From the human T2T-CHM13v2.0 reference genome, Homo sapiens, in NCBI RefSeq assembly GCF_009914755.1, contig NC_060946.1: a stretch of 64,000 bases of DNA; one strand, written 5' to 3'. How positions within the stretch are numbered: position 1 is the first letter of the stretch; each line of letters starts with the position of its first letter. The notes below the pieces were generated by a model. That model made no database searches and had not been told where the DNA came from. It was given only the letters and a program-made list of their open reading frames with translations. Shown here piece by piece: positions 47,376 through 62,399 of the stretch. The position numbers were made by a program, and so were the translations under genes.

Positions 47376-49254
47376 AATCTTAAGCCAGTTAGATACTCTG
47401 ATGAGCCAGCTGTGTGTGTATGTGTGTATGTGTGTGTGATCTTTGATTATTAAAACTGAAAAAATAATCGTATATTCATGACTAGTAGACACAGTGTTTT
47501 AAAACTGATTCTGAAAGATTTGAGGGTTAGGCTTGTTTTAAAAACAATTGCATAGGTCCTGGAAACACCAAGAATTAGTGGCTTCTCATTCCTAGTCACA
47601 TGAAAAATATTTTACTACTCTTGTGAATGGCCATAAATAATATGCAGAATTTTTTCTGTGTCCTAACCTTTTATATAATTGGTTCTACAGTGTACATCAC
47701 TGTGTGCAACTTTGTTTTGTGTGCTCAGACTTACATTTTCCAGTTTTCTCCACTTTGATACAATTGGTCCGTGTTTCATACATTTTGTATTTTCTATAGC
47801 GTTCCTTTATATGACTCTACCACATTTTATTGAGTCTCCTCATGCTGACAGGTAAGTAGATGAATTAATAAATGAATGAATAAATAAAAATGAGAGCAAA
47901 TTTCAAACAGGTGATTAATTTAGTGATTGTAACCATGGACTCAGCAGGTTAGAAATAAAAACTGAAAGATTTAGAATGCAAGCAGGCACATCATACCTTC
48001 TAATAGCCATTGGAACTATGACCCACAAACCATTAGCCTAGAATGATGGGACATATCTTGTCTCTAAAAAAAGGTCACTGTTCAGTTCTCAAAGAATGGA
48101 TATAAAAATGGCAGATACCATTCCACATTATTCTACTTCCTTTAACCTCTACGCATAAAACTTGAGCTGCAGGGAATGTTACCTCCTGTTCTTAAAAAGA
48201 CTTGTAGTTCAGTGAGGAACTCACTCCTTTCTTCATTCATGTGTTCAAATAATATAGGGAAATGAATGGAAAAGTGAAGAGAAGTTGAAGACTATTATGG
48301 GGATAGCACAGGATTAGTCAGCCTCATGGTATTATTGATCTGCCTTATTCCACAAATATTTACCAAGCACCTGCTACATGCAATTTGTATACTAGGTGCT
48401 GGGGATACAGGAGATAACAAAGTCCCTGCTGTCAATGAAAGGGGTCAGTCCTTTGATTCATCTTTAGTTAATTTTAAGCACACAACAACTATCTCAAACT
48501 TTCTTCACACTTTCCAAGCTCCCGATCCTTCATGCACTCTTGGTAGATGCCTGACCTTACCTCTTACCTTACTAGAACCTAAGACCACCTGGTATAAAAT
48601 CCCTTAAGCACACTCAGATTTGCGTGATTTTACAATGATGTCTGTTCCCAAAGCATCCTCACTTCTCTTGGAGCTGAGGGTGAAGAGCTCCTCTTTCTTC
48701 CCATCCGTGATCTTGGAACATGTACGACTACACTTGTGACAGTAAATGCTTAATACAGGCAGAAGGTTTGTTCCTTATTTCCTCCCTGGGGCCTCCCTCC
48801 AGTGAATATCTCTTCTAGCATTGTCAGTTGTATCCAACAGAAAAGCAGAGATCTCTCCATTGGTCCAAAAACCTAAGATGGACTCTCACTGCTAAACTTC
48901 TCAAATGAAAATTCCTCCACTTTAGTCCTGATTACCACTCAAACACTGTTAGACTGGGCAGGTCACTACCCCTGCCTAGTTCTGTTTCCCCATCTACATA
49001 ACAGAGAAATAATTGCGCCTTATCTATCCTACAGAAGTGTGAAGAGGTTTGATGTGACAGCAGTGAAAGCAATTTAAAAAGCACAGAGTGCTATACATAA
49101 GAAGACATTTTCATAATTATTCCGCTCTAACATGATATCTGTATTCATACGATCTCAAAGTACTTACCCAAGCATGGATTCTAACTCTTGTGTATGTAAG
49201 CAAAGGTGTAAGTCTGTCACCCTCCATGCAAATAGAATCTCCCCTCCCTTGGCC

Positions 49255-49750
49255 CCTGCATCTCACCATATACAGGAATTAACTCAAGATGAATCAAAGT
49301 TTTAAATGCAAGACCGCAAACTATGAAAATCCTTTAAGATAACCTAGGCCATACCCTTCTTGACAAAGGCTTTGGCAAAGCATGTGTATGTCTAAGTCCC
49401 TAAAAGCAATAGAAATAAAAACAATTATTGACAAGTGAGACCTAATACATGAAAGAGTGGCTGCACAGTAGAAGATATTACCAACAGAGTAAACAGACAG
49501 CCTTCACAATGGAAGCAAATGTTCCCAAACTACATCTGACAAAGGTCTAATATGTACGATCTACCTTAAGTCCTTAAATCAGATCAAAAAGTCCAATTAA
49601 TGGTTAGAGACATGAATACACACTGCTGAAAAGATGTAACAGCCACCAGTAAACATGAAAACATGCTCAACCTCGTTAATAGAGAAATGCAAATCAAAAG
49701 CACACTGGTCAAAATGGTGATTATAACACAGTCCACAAGAACAGATACCA
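49255..49750 (+). mobile_element. L1 ORF2 fragment
   Basis: ATCTCACCATATACA..ATTAACTCAAGATG..CAACAGAGTAAACAGACA..AGAGAAATGCAAATCAAAA. Confidence 0.8.
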
Positions 49751-49873
49751 GCAGGACAGAGGAGGGCACTGGGGCAATTGATCATGATTCTTATGGATAG
49801 TCATTTAGTGTTATTAATGAATTTCATAACAAAATGATCACCATACAAAAAATACAAAATGTGTTTTCTTCCC

Positions 49874-50311
49874 TGAGAAAGGAAAATAAAAACTTGGAAT
49901 GCCGATTCACTATGCCAAAAGGAAAAGTTAAGCTGAAAGCTGAGTCATGCAAGAAACTGCCTTTCTTTTTTTTTCCTGAGCAGACAGCTACTGATAAATA
50001 GTTAAATTTCTCCACAGGTAGCTACTCTATGTTCATCTCATCTTACTTAAAGTGCTGATTTACTGAGCAGGAGAAAAATATATAACTGACTATTCCTTTA
50101 CCTGTTTGTTTTCTCTTGCAACATGTGGATTCAGCAACGTGACCATACTCTCCCTCTTTTCCCCGCAGCCTGCTTTTCTCTTCTAAACACTGAAACCCTA
50201 AAATATTTTTGGAGAAAGGCACAGACCTCTGTCGCCCAGGCATGTCTTTAACCTTGGAAGAAGAAACTTCTAAATTGATAAGAGATCTGTCTCAGACACT
50301 TTTTCGTTTAC
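49874..50311 (+). mobile_element. MER4-group solo LTR
   Basis: TGAGAAAGGAAAATAAA...GAGATCTGTCTCAGACACTTTTTCGTTTACA (TG...CA). Confidence 0.7.
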
Positions 50312-52004
50312 ATCCCGTTATCTCAGAAAGCAAAACAGGCTTTGTTCCAACCCAAAGTAATTTGTGAATATTCAAGCGGTATCATTCTGATGTAAAATTT
50401 ACATAAATTCTTGGGTTTACCAAAATGCAAATGGGCAAGCAGATCACTATTTACAGATAATGGCCTAAAAAATGGTAAGAGTAAATGCTGTGGAGCTAAA
50501 TGTTTCTGAGTCTGCCATTTCCTAGTTTTGTAGTTTCTCTCGGGCAAGTTACCCAAAGTTGCTGTATGTTATTATCTTGACATTTAAAATAGAAGTAATA
50601 ACTTTATTATAAATAATAGTTAATACCATAGGGTCATTAGGAAAGGGTCTGGCATATATAGTCACAACCCAGTGAATGCCATTATTGTTTTTGCTATTAT
50701 CAGTATAATAATTGATACTAATTTTGATGCTGAGGTAAAATAATATCTGGCAGCTTTTAATTTGCTAATGTTAAATAACTGAAAATAGCTTTAAAAAGTG
50801 AAAATATCCAAATCAATGACAATATTTGATTTATATAAAATAAGCTTCATTTTTTTTAGTTTTTTTGCTCCTAATTATTACTTCACTCATCACACTGATA
50901 TCTGAGCACTTTTTAAAACATATCCACCCTTCTCAGTTGTACTACTTATTCCCTTTTCTTGTAATCCCAGCCTTCAAAGATCCTTTCTCATTTTTCTAAC
51001 TCATTTCACGACTCCCTCACCTTGACCCCCAGTTATATCTCTCTTGAAGTCAATTCCATTGAATTGACTACTTGGCCCAAACTTCACCCCAACTCAGTCT
51101 CTCTTCAGGAAGGAAAGTCCCCACACAAAAAGGAATGTGTCTTTCAACTCATGCGCCCTTTTTGAAGAAGCTTTCCAGACAGCTTCCTTACAGTGATCTC
51201 CGTTATCCATCCTTTAGATCGCTGTGGAGTCCTACAGGGGCGCAATGTGGACAGTCATTCAAATGAAGCACACCTAAGTGCTTGCATTTTCTAAAGGCCC
51301 ATTGATTCATGTAACTCCCGTACTTGCACAGATAAGATGTTCCTGCCTGAATGCAGCAGATGGAAATGAAAATTGTATTCTCTGTCAAGGCTGATTGTAT
51401 TACAGCTTAATGATTTGCATTTTAAAACTTGGAAGTTCTCATAAATATTAAAGTGAAAGAACAATTGGCTACATTATTAGGTAGGTTCGGCTGTTCGTAT
51501 AACCTGGTGCTAACTATCTAACCTGCCTGAGTGAGCCTCAGTCTTCATTACTGCAGCATTTGTAAGATATCAATGCCTGCTTGAACTCATGTCTTACTAA
51601 GATTATGGCCAGGATTGAGTAACATATGGATATAAAAGCACTTGACAAATCAGAGTATTTCATAAATGTAATAATAATATGCTACATTTATAACATCTAT
51701 ACTCTTTTCCTGTGTCTATCTTCATTTAAACCTTGCAGTTTCTATCATAATCAAAGATTTTGTAATCAGGTTACAATGAGTAGGATTTAACCCATAAGCA
51801 ATTTTCAAATTTCCTAGATATGTTTTCAGTTTTCACATTTATGTTGGTGACAAAATTCTGTTTTCAGTTTTGGTGTTTGCATCTTCTAAAACAGTGTCTT
51901 GGGTACTTGCTCTTTGATGAGACACTGTGCAGACATAAAGAATGTAAGAAAACAGAACAGTTTATCTCAGCTTTTTGTGGTCTAGATAACCTGCACACTG
52001 CTTT

Positions 52005-52236
52005 CTTGGCTCACTGCAACCTCCTCTTCCTGGGTTCAAGTGATTCTCCTGCCTTGGCCTCCCGAGTAGCTGAGACTACAGGCATGTGCCACCACGCCCA
52101 GCTAATTTTTGTATTTTTAGTAGAGATGGGGTTTCACCATGTTGGCCCGGATGGTCTCGATCTCTTGACCTTGTGATCCCCCTGCCTTGGCCTCCCAAAG
52201 TGCTGGGATTACAGGTGTGAGCCACCGTGCCCGGCC
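52005..52236 (-). mobile_element. AluS lacking its 3' end
   Basis: Flanked by TGCACACTGCTTT on both sides; no poly(A). Confidence 0.85.
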
Positions 52237-53028
52237 TGCACACTGCTTTTTAATAAGCTGATCTGTCTTCTTGTTTACATAGGCTGTGCTATAGTCATTT
52301 AAAGTTCAAAATTACTGCTAAAAAGTAATTAATCCTTTACTGAAATATTCCTGCTATTTCATGAGCTGTCTTACAATTTGGAGGAATCTATTTGTCACTG
52401 ATGTTTAAAAAAGAAAGTCACAGCAGGGAGGCTTTAGCTTCATTGAGGAACATTATTATAAAATAAAATGATCGAGGGTAATTTTTTTTTGTCCTTGTGG
52501 TACTGTTTCTGCAGATCTACATTAATCTGAGCATTTAAAGTAATAATAAATTTGTTATATCCTCTTTATTATTCACTTCACCATGGTAGCCCCTAGTGGT
52601 AAAAGGAGATGTAAATTGCTCAGTGCTCACATTGCAGGGAATTTTTTCCTCAGTTGAATAAAAAGGAGTTAAGCCTCTTTGGAAATGAGGGCTATAGCCT
52701 GTCAATAACTACATATATTCCTGTTTTTAAGAAATCAGAATTCTGGTGTCCAGTAAATGTAGATGCCAGCATTATTAAAAAGTGATTGAGCAGAGAAATG
52801 AATTGAATTTTTGACCCACTCTGGCTTCCAGCTTTCATGGGAGCCTATACAGGGGGATGATGAAGAGGGATATAAGAGAATAAATGATTGCTCTATTAAT
52901 CTACTTTAATTGATACTAAAATCTGACAGCGAATTACAAGTTCCAGGCAGTAAGGCTTACCAATTCATTGGTAATTTCAAGGTTCTACTTTGCTTTCTTT
53001 TTGCCTTCAGCTCCTTGCAAAGGACACC

Positions 53029-53323
53029 TTTTTTTTTTTTTTTTTTTTTGAGACGGAGTATTGCTCTTGTTGCCCAAATTGGAGTGTAATGGCCCTTAAC
53101 ATCCGCCTCCTGGGTTCAAATGATTCTCCTGCCTCAGCCTCCTAAGAAGCTGGGATTACAGGCATACATCACCACGCCTGGCTAATTTTGTATTTTTAGT
53201 AGAGATGGGGTTTCTCTATGTTGGTCAGGCTGGTCTTGAACTCCTGACCCCAGGTGATTTGCCTGCCTCAGCATCCCCCGCCCAAAGTGCTGGGATTACA
53301 GGTAGGAGCCACCACACCTGGCC
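53029..53323 (-). mobile_element. AluS
   Basis: Antisense dimer with T-tract. Confidence 0.9.
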
Positions 53324-55003
53324 AAGGACAGCCTTTTATAGTTCAGTTTCTCAGTTTATCTTTGACTATTCTTAATTAAGCTTGACCTGGTTCTCCACCA
53401 CTGACGCTATTGGAATTGCAAAGCATTTTGCTGTTATAATGATAGCTCCCTTGATGGCTGTTCATTATTAACTGGTTTTCAAAAGTGCTGCTTTTAACTT
53501 TCATTTTATAAATATTTAACTCAATTTTTATAAAATGTGCATAGACTATAGAGGTTCTGCTTACCTGTTTAATACAGTAAAAAAATCCCTTTTGTAATCT
53601 TATATAATATTAAGAATGTGTCCTTAATTCATGCTTAACATAAATTCTTACACAACTAGCAGTATCTCAAAAAATAAATGATTTAATAGTTTATGACCCT
53701 TATACATATAATTAATTGTAGTAAAATATCTTAGAAAATAGAATGAGTATTTTTTATAAAGATAAAAAATCCTGATTTTTTTTTCTGGTCTTAATATAAA
53801 ATTAAATGTGTTAAAGGGAACTTATAAATTACATAGTAGTTCATTGCTCAGGAAAAGAAATGACAAAGTAATTAAGAGTGTAAAATTAAAAGGATTAATT
53901 TTTCTTAAAGGCCGATGAGTTAACAACACGCATCAATCTCTCTTCCTTCTCCAAACTTCAGACAAATGATGGCAAAGTAATTTTTAAGAAGTCAATTTAT
54001 AGAGGCAAAAAACCTGAAGTACAGAGAGTAGGAAAGACAGTAATAGAATTGAGAGCAGTTGACATCCATAACATTCCTATTATTACCTCCATTTTCTGGA
54101 TAAGAATATGGAGAAGAGGAATCGTTAAGCAATTTGCTGATTGTCACATATTCAGTAAGTGGCAAAGTTAGTATTGAAACCCAAGTAGTCTTGTTTTAAA
54201 GTCATACACTCAATCACTGTGCCATAATTCAATAAATTGTGAAGGATGGGAAGCAGATGGAGAAGTGATTGATGAAGCAGGACTGAGAAAGTGCTGCCTA
54301 TGTGCCCACAGTGTGAAGACCCTACAAGACATCAGAACATCATCCAGTGAAGCTGTGAGCAGCTCACCACTTGGAAAAACTGAGTGTTTTGGAAGGCAGG
54401 GATAAAGTGCAGTTCTGAAAAGAGAAAAATCCATCAAGTTCTAAACGGTCGCGCTCTCTTACCCCACAGTGGGCAATGGTCTCTCCATTCATCATTTTCT
54501 TTTCCCTGAGTCCCTTGAATCTTAAATATACTATTCTGTGAATTAAACATGGTAAACATTAGACTTTGACCAGCGCTATTATCAGAAGTTCACATACCTA
54601 ATCAAAGGACCTGTAACCTTCTTCCCCTCCTTAGTTTCTACACCACCAGTAGCCAATTATACTATCCCAGCTCCCATCCTAAAATCCCCTTCTAAAATAT
54701 AAATAGAAGGCAAAAGATCATCAGTCATTTGAGCAAAATTTCAGCATGACAGCATGAGTAGTTGAGACCTATAGTAACAACTAAAATGGACTGGGATAAA
54801 ACAAATAATGTTTGGAATCAAAGAACAGGAAAAATACAACCGATATTGGAGCAAGAAAAAATAAAAAAGAATATGAAAAATAGATAAGAAATAGCTATTG
54901 GAAAGGTACAAGAAATACAATTTTAAAACCAGTGGAACATAAGACAAACCACAAAATGAGAAAATTCTATTAATAAAAGGTAGGGGGTCGGGGAACTGTA
55001 TTC

Positions 55004-55299
55004 TTTTTTTTTTTTTTTTTTTTTTAAGACAGAGTTTCGTTCTTGTTGCCCAGGCTGGAGTTGCAATGGCGCAATCTCGGCTCACTGGGCAACCTCCACC
55101 TTCTGGGTTTAAGCTATTCTCCTGCCTCAGCCTCCCAAATAGCTGGGATTACAGGCATGCGCCACCACGCCTGGCTAATTTTTGTATTTTTAGTAGAGAT
55201 TGGGTTTCACCATGTTGATCAGGCTGGATGGTCTTGAACCCCTGACCTCGGGTGATCCCAAAGTGCAGGGATTATGGGTGTGAGCCACCGTGCCCGGCC
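55004..55299 (-). mobile_element. AluS
   Basis: Antisense dimer with T-tract. Confidence 0.9.
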
Positions 55300-57619
55300 A
55301 CTGTATCTTTTAAAAATGTAATTGTCGTGGAAGGCAAGAAAGGTTTAGGAGGCTTTCCATATTGAAGAGGACTGAGGAGACATGGCAACTAATTGCAATA
55401 CATGATTCTAGACTGCATGCAATACTGGAGGAAAATCATGCTATAAAGAATTGACTCAATTGATAAAATCAGAATACTAGCAGTAGATTACATCAAAGTA
55501 TCGTATCAATGTTACATTTACTGAATCTGACTACCATACTATAGTTAAGTAAGAGAATATTCCTATTTTTAGGAAATACAGAAGTGTTTAGAGGTAAAGG
55601 GTCATGATATATACAACTTAACAAAAGACTTAGACAAATATGGGGTATTTAAATAAAGGAGAATGACGTGCAATCTGAGAACAAGAAGTCCAACAGAGAA
55701 AAGCAAAAATAGGGAGTCAGCGAGCAACCAGTGAGATGGGAGCAGAAGGATGGAAGGGTGGAGGAGTGACATCTAAACATATTAAGAACTCAAATATGTT
55801 GATTATTTTGTATATCTGAAGTTTGAAATTATCACTGACAATCTTCTAAACTTCAGGAAAAATGAGGATACTGTGCTACAAATGTAAACTTAAGAACAAT
55901 ATTTACATAGTCATCATAATGTAATTATGAAATACTGATTTCACCAAAACCAATTTGATTTAACACATCGAGAGAACAGTGGGAATAGAGTCCTGTAATT
56001 GGTGCACCTGTCCTAATTCCTATGTAGGTATTATAATAGAAAGTTAATAGGTAATGTTTAAAATTGATAAATCAAGATAACAATATCAGCATGTTAGGTT
56101 AAAAACAAGGTAATTACCAAAAGCACCAGATAAAAGAGCCAAACATTGCTTTCTCTATTGAACGGGACTACAGCATAGAGAAGTGTTAAGCAAGCTGCCA
56201 TTATTCTTTTGCTCTTATTATAAGCCTCTTAATACTATTTGATTACTAGCTCATGAGCTCCTATTTATAAAAATAAAAGCAAATTTTCGAAGTCAGAACA
56301 ATTCATGCTGCTACAAAATCCCTAAAGTCATTTCAACAATACAGCACACTGATGATTATATAGACATTTTTCTTGTCTGAGTTCTTTGTCTAGAAACTTT
56401 TTAAAAGAAACGTGGTCCTGTATTACATGTAGCATGCTTTGGAAGAAAAACTATCTCCAATCAAAAAGTTTTTAAAAGAGCCCAGATGTTATCGTCCTTT
56501 GTATCTCTAAAAGCAATTGCTTTTATAAAATTAGGATCTACTCTTTTTTGAAATTTGAATGCTGAAGTTTTGTGGGTTTCAGCAAAAGATAGGCATAACA
56601 TACATCTCTACATTTTATTAAATATGATGGTGCAGATGTTAAAAATATGTTTGAAATGCAGTACCTTCTGTTCTTGCTTTCAACTCCTACCCTAGAGTAA
56701 ATGAAATGCTAATCACCTCTTGTGTTAGTGATAGAATTTGTGAGTTTCCACAGATAAAATATGTTTACTGTAATTTCCAAATAGTTGATAGCCAGTAGCA
56801 ATATCTTGACTTCAGCAACTGGTATGTAAGGGTCTATATTAAAGTGTTTATATTATGACTAGTATAACAGATGGTATTATTTGTTACAGCAGGTCATAAC
56901 ACTAAAAAATAAAACTATTACACATCTACAATTTGATCACAAATTTTAGTGGCAGTGATCACTTATTTTATGAAAGAGAGGCAGTAATTGCCGAAGTACT
57001 GCCTAAAAATGTAAGACAATTCTCATTACAGGGTAAGGTAAAATTATTGACTTATTAACCAGAAATTCACATCTATCCCGCTACAGGAAAAAAAGTGTAC
57101 ATTTAATATCTACTACAGTCAGTTGAGTTTTCAAAGTAATCTGTCATCTCTACCATGAATATGGGGAACAGGAGAATAACTGCTGGATTTTTGGCATTTG
57201 ACACCTAATATATAGAACTTTAAAGGAGGTTATCTATTATATAAATAATCTTTGAAGAAGAGCAATTTATGTTTTTGGACAACCAAAAAATTACTTGTTT
57301 AGCTTCACAGGAATTTTAAAGCATGTTTTCACTTATTATTAAACAGTAACATTGAATATACTGCTCTTTTATCAGTTCTCATTTTTTTCAACATTCAGTA
57401 GATGACTTTAAAGAACTCTCACCTTCCTGGTTTTCTTTCTAAACTGAGATTATTTCTTCTCTCACTTATGCACCTATTTTCTAATGGCCATGTCTCAAAA
57501 AATTTTTATTCTAGCGTCTTTTTTCCTTTTATCTTGGTTTTGCTGTAGTGCTAGATAGATGGTTACTTGTGAGACTTTCAAATCTATATACCAGGCTCCA
57601 ACTTCTCTCCCTCTCCCTC

Positions 57620-57893
57620 TCTTTTTGAGTAAGGGTTTGGCTCCATCACCCAGGCTGGAAGGTCATGGCTGATTGCAGCTTTGGACTCCTGGGCTCAAGG
57701 GATCCTCCCACCTCAGCTTCCTGATTAGCTGGGACTCCAGGTGTACAGCATCATGACTAGCAATTCCATTGTTTTTAGAAATGGGGTCTTGCTCTGTCGA
57801 CCAGGCTGGTCTAGAACTCCCAGCCTCAAGCAATCCTCCTGCCTCAGCCTCCTAACGTGCTAAGATTACAGGCGTGAGCCACCACACCTGGCC
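57620..57893 (-). mobile_element. AluJ
   Basis: Diverged antisense dimer. Confidence 0.85.
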
Positions 57894-59506
57894 AACTTCT
57901 AAGTTTCAGTGCTGTAGTTTTAAATTGTTTCTCATACTTATCTAATATTTTTTCCCACCATGTCAAACCCTTAAAAACTCAGTATGGACAAAATAAATAT
58001 TAACTTTTTTGAGATTGATAATTGTATGATAGTGCTTATTACCTCAAAAGAATTACTGGGGCAGCAGTATAATCCAGTAGATGGGGGAAATAGTGGATAT
58101 TAAGACCGAAATGGGATCATAACTTTTTAGTTGTATTTGCCCACATTAATTGTTTTAAAGGGGGTAAAGGCCTGGAATATGAAAACAGGAGGATATAAAA
58201 TATATGGAGGTTGTGAAAGATGACTCAGAACTTGAAACAATTGTTTCACTGCAGTAAATACATGTTGAATGCATAGAACAGAGAAAAACAGAAGAAAAGA
58301 AGAAAGAAAAACAAACTCCATGATTTAAAATATTGATGAATGTGACAATAATTGTATCTTTAAAATAACTGAGAAATGGTAGAAATAAAAATTATAAGCT
58401 TCAACTGTATATTACTTATTCTTGACAAAGATGATAGTTGCAAGCTGAAGCCAAAATTTCTAACTAGGACTAATGCAAAGATTTCAAGAGAAACTTTAAT
58501 AAAGAATTATTGATGCAAGCGCTTTCAGAAAGCAAAGGTAGGGACTAACCATTAGCTCTTGTTTAGAAAGATAAAGGTCACAAATAAAATTTGTGTTTTA
58601 ATCTATACATTTTCAGCATTATGTCATCATAAATTTGCATGTTGTTTATTACAAATGGGAAAAGGTTTCCTGTAATATATCAAGATGAGTTTTAATAGTT
58701 TCAAGGACCATTGATTTGTAAACTTAAGACTATTATAGTGTTGTGGAAAATTAAATATAATTGGTGTTTTAGGAAAAGTTGTTCATTGAAGTTTCCATTT
58801 TATGTGCCTTAACAGATTAATTTTGCTTATTAATTCTGTGATATTTAAGCACTGCTGTAAGCTTCACAGATTTGGCAATAGCCACTATATACTTAATGAG
58901 TACAAACTATGGAGTATTTCCATATTAAGGTAGAAGAAATATTTAAAAGCACTTCTACTTGTGATGTCATTGGGGGTGCAACACAATATAAAGTACGCAC
59001 ATTGCTGGAGGAGAAGCATAAAATAAAGAACTCACGGGGCAGAAACTTAAGACACACCTAAATCAAATCTTTGTTTTCAGCATTATCTTTCATTACTATT
59101 CTTTGTTACAAAAAAACATTGCTATCTGTCCTTTTCTATATGTTCTCTACATTAAAACTTATTATTTGTATACATACTGTTCCCTACATCTGCAGTGCCA
59201 TTCCCAGCTCACATATCTGCCCTCTTAAATTTATATCAAATTCAACTCCCTTCAAAAAGCCTTCTCAGTTGCTTTAACCCAAGCCAGTAGTCTGTCTTCT
59301 AGAAAACAGTTGATGCCGATGCCTCCTTTTCCTTTAGCAACTGAAAATAATATTATAGTTATTTAATGTGTGTGTGTGTGTGTGTGTGTGCATAACATCA
59401 TACTATTTAGTAGTATCTATATCTATCAAGTATCTGCTACAGTGGATGATAGATGACTTAAAGACAGAAATATGTTATTCATATCTACTTCTCACAGGTC
59501 TAGTGC

Positions 59507-60001
59507 TGTTGCAGGATATTTTTTAAGGAATCAGAGAGACTGATGGGGTTCAGGAGGATATTTATTATTTAGGTGCACCAGCCCAGTCGGATTAACATCC
59601 AAAGGACTGAGCCCTGAACAAAGAGTTAAGTTACCTTTTAAGCATTTTGTAGGGTGGGAGGAGATCTGTGCAGGGGGAAGCATGTTAGAGAAGTGAGAAA
59701 CAAAGACAGTTATTCAATTAATTGAGAAATGCGTTACATCATTTCTTACTTTTCAAGGAAAAACATGTTTTGCGACTTTTGTTTATGTGTCTAGTGACTT
59801 TGCAGCTGCCCAGCTAGGGAATCAGGGTCTTCACAATGCCTGGGAATGGAGGGGAGAGAAAGCTCATTAGCCACAGAAAAATAGGCCGTTAGTTTTTTAA
59901 AGGACTCTAGCTCTTTCTCTTTCTCAGGGGGAATTGGATTTTCTTACATACAACTGAGGTTCTGCTTACACATTCTTTAATTTCTTTTAATTCCTGTTCC
60001 A
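59507..60001 (-). mobile_element. ERV1 solo LTR (LTR15-like)
   Basis: TG...CA termini with a 4-bp TSD GTGC (59503-59506, 60002-60005); minus strand starts TGGAACAGGAATTAAAAGAAATTAAAGAATGTGTAAGC. Confidence 0.8.
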
Positions 60002-60743
60002 GTGCAGTGCAATGTTCATAGTAGATGCTTAATATTTTTTGAATTATTGTATCTTTAGTCATTGCGAGCCATCATTTTGAGAGTCAGTCTCATTCTTTTA
60101 GCCCTAGATTATTTTTATTTTCTTGAGATACGTGAATAAAGGGCACAGGAAAAAAACACAGTTGAGAGTTTTGGATAATAGTAACCTAATTCACCCAGAT
60201 TTTACTTCATATTGGTTGGAACTCTAAGTTGGGTGCAACTAACATGAGACTTGTTTTGATTTATTGTAAACATATTCTTGAATGACTAATGAACAGTGCT
60301 TCATGTGAACAAATTTTCACCTTCTGATAATTTCCAATATTACACTTTGAAAAACATTCCCATTGTAGTGCTCTAGAAAATATAATTTCAATTGTTAAAA
60401 TTCAATATTACTGTAATTGAGGATATTAAATAACTTGTTGTTACATGATGCTAGCTGCAGCTTAAATTTCAGATCATGAGTGTTGTTAATATTATATAGT
60501 TGGAATTAGTTCTGAGATCAATGAATCAATGCTGTCTTACTGTTTTGTCTTTAATTTTTATACCACATTTATTTTGTGAGTGGATTTCATAAAAGGAAGT
60601 TGCTTTATGTTGCCAAGCTCATTATCTTGGGTTTTTGTCCAGAGCTGAATTCCCTTTTTCATCAAAGGACAGAGAGAGCCCATTATAAACTATTGAGTAA
60701 TGCTGATTTGATGGGTAGGCCACTTACCTTTAAGTGGAAAGGA

Positions 60744-61070
<327 letters not shown>

Positions 61071-62399
61071 CTAAAGGAAGAAATTTAGTGGAACATTTAT
61101 CAGAGGCAACAGACCAGGAAGTTATAGTTACCCTGTGAAAAGGCATCATCTAGGATTCATTTGCAAATTGGCAACAACCACCACCACAACAAACTAAAAC
61201 AAATGAAAGAAATAGACATTTATACAGGGAAAATATAAATAGATAATAAGTGTAATAAATTTTGTGACTTTCCACTTGAAAACAAAGAAATGGAAATAAA
61301 ACCTATGTAAAGAAGTGGTGGAGTGAGCCGAGCTGGGGTGGGAGGGGTGGGGGCATCCCAGGCAGAGGGAACAGCAGATGCAAAGGTCTGGAGGCTGGAG
61401 CAGGCTGTGAGGGGTGAGAGCAGCAAGTACATGAAGTCTAGACCACAAATCGATGCTTCACCCTCAAAAATAGCCTCTCACTGGCCACCACTCAGGCCCA
61501 GATACATGTGTAAGGTGGGCAGCCTTCAGGAAAAGTGACCGCAAAAGTGCACCACATTGGGAATTCTGAGGTGTTTGAGAAAGTTATGGATGAAGGGTGA
61601 GGTAGACTCTAGTGGGGAATGTCCTCTTGCCACTTGGACTTCTCTGTCTATTTCATGGGCTATTATCAACTTCTAAAGAGCCAGTGGTTTGGGTGCACAT
61701 TTAGGTGTAAGTACCTCTTGCCTCAAGCCTTAACTCTCTTTCCAATGAGTCAAGTGAGCTGTTGTGTTTAAGTAACTTCTCTTTATTGTGAAATCTTTCC
61801 TATCACTTTAAGAACCTTCTTCTTCAGACCCAAGTAATCCCAAGGCACCTATAATGTCCCTCCTGGAGAAGACAAAAGGGTGTCTTCTATTTCTGTGTGG
61901 CCCGATATTTCAGGGCCCCTAACCAGGTTAGTTCAAGGTGCTCAGCATAACCATGAATCTGCTACCCATGTTTCTCAGGTGGGTCATAGGCCCTGGAGGG
62001 ATTGTGGCTGTGGACCAAGCAGGGGGTGCTGTGGGCTGTTCTGAGAAGGAGGGTTTTGGAGTGTCCAAGCTGAGAACAGTCTTAGAGGCCCCAGATGTTG
62101 TATGAGTAAATTTTCATCTGACAGAATTATATTTTCCTAACTGAAAACATGAAACAGAGATGTAACAACTGTGCCTCTTTGGCTCTGTCTTTGCATGCTG
62201 TCATCAGCCACTGAACAGGAGCTGAGAGGGAAGACATAAAGAACAGAAAACCCATGAGGGGGATGGTCCATGTGGGTGTGGAAGTGAGGGTGAGTGGGGA
62301 TTTGGCCAAAGAGGCCTAATCCACAGGAGTAGAGTCTCATGTGTGACTTTCAGAATGAGCAGGAGTGAGATAGGTGGAGGGGGAGTGTTGGAACATCTC

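Noticed and set aside
51020-51280. Exon-like minus-strand segment
   Set aside because: No recognisable protein; splice-like signals alone are insufficient.
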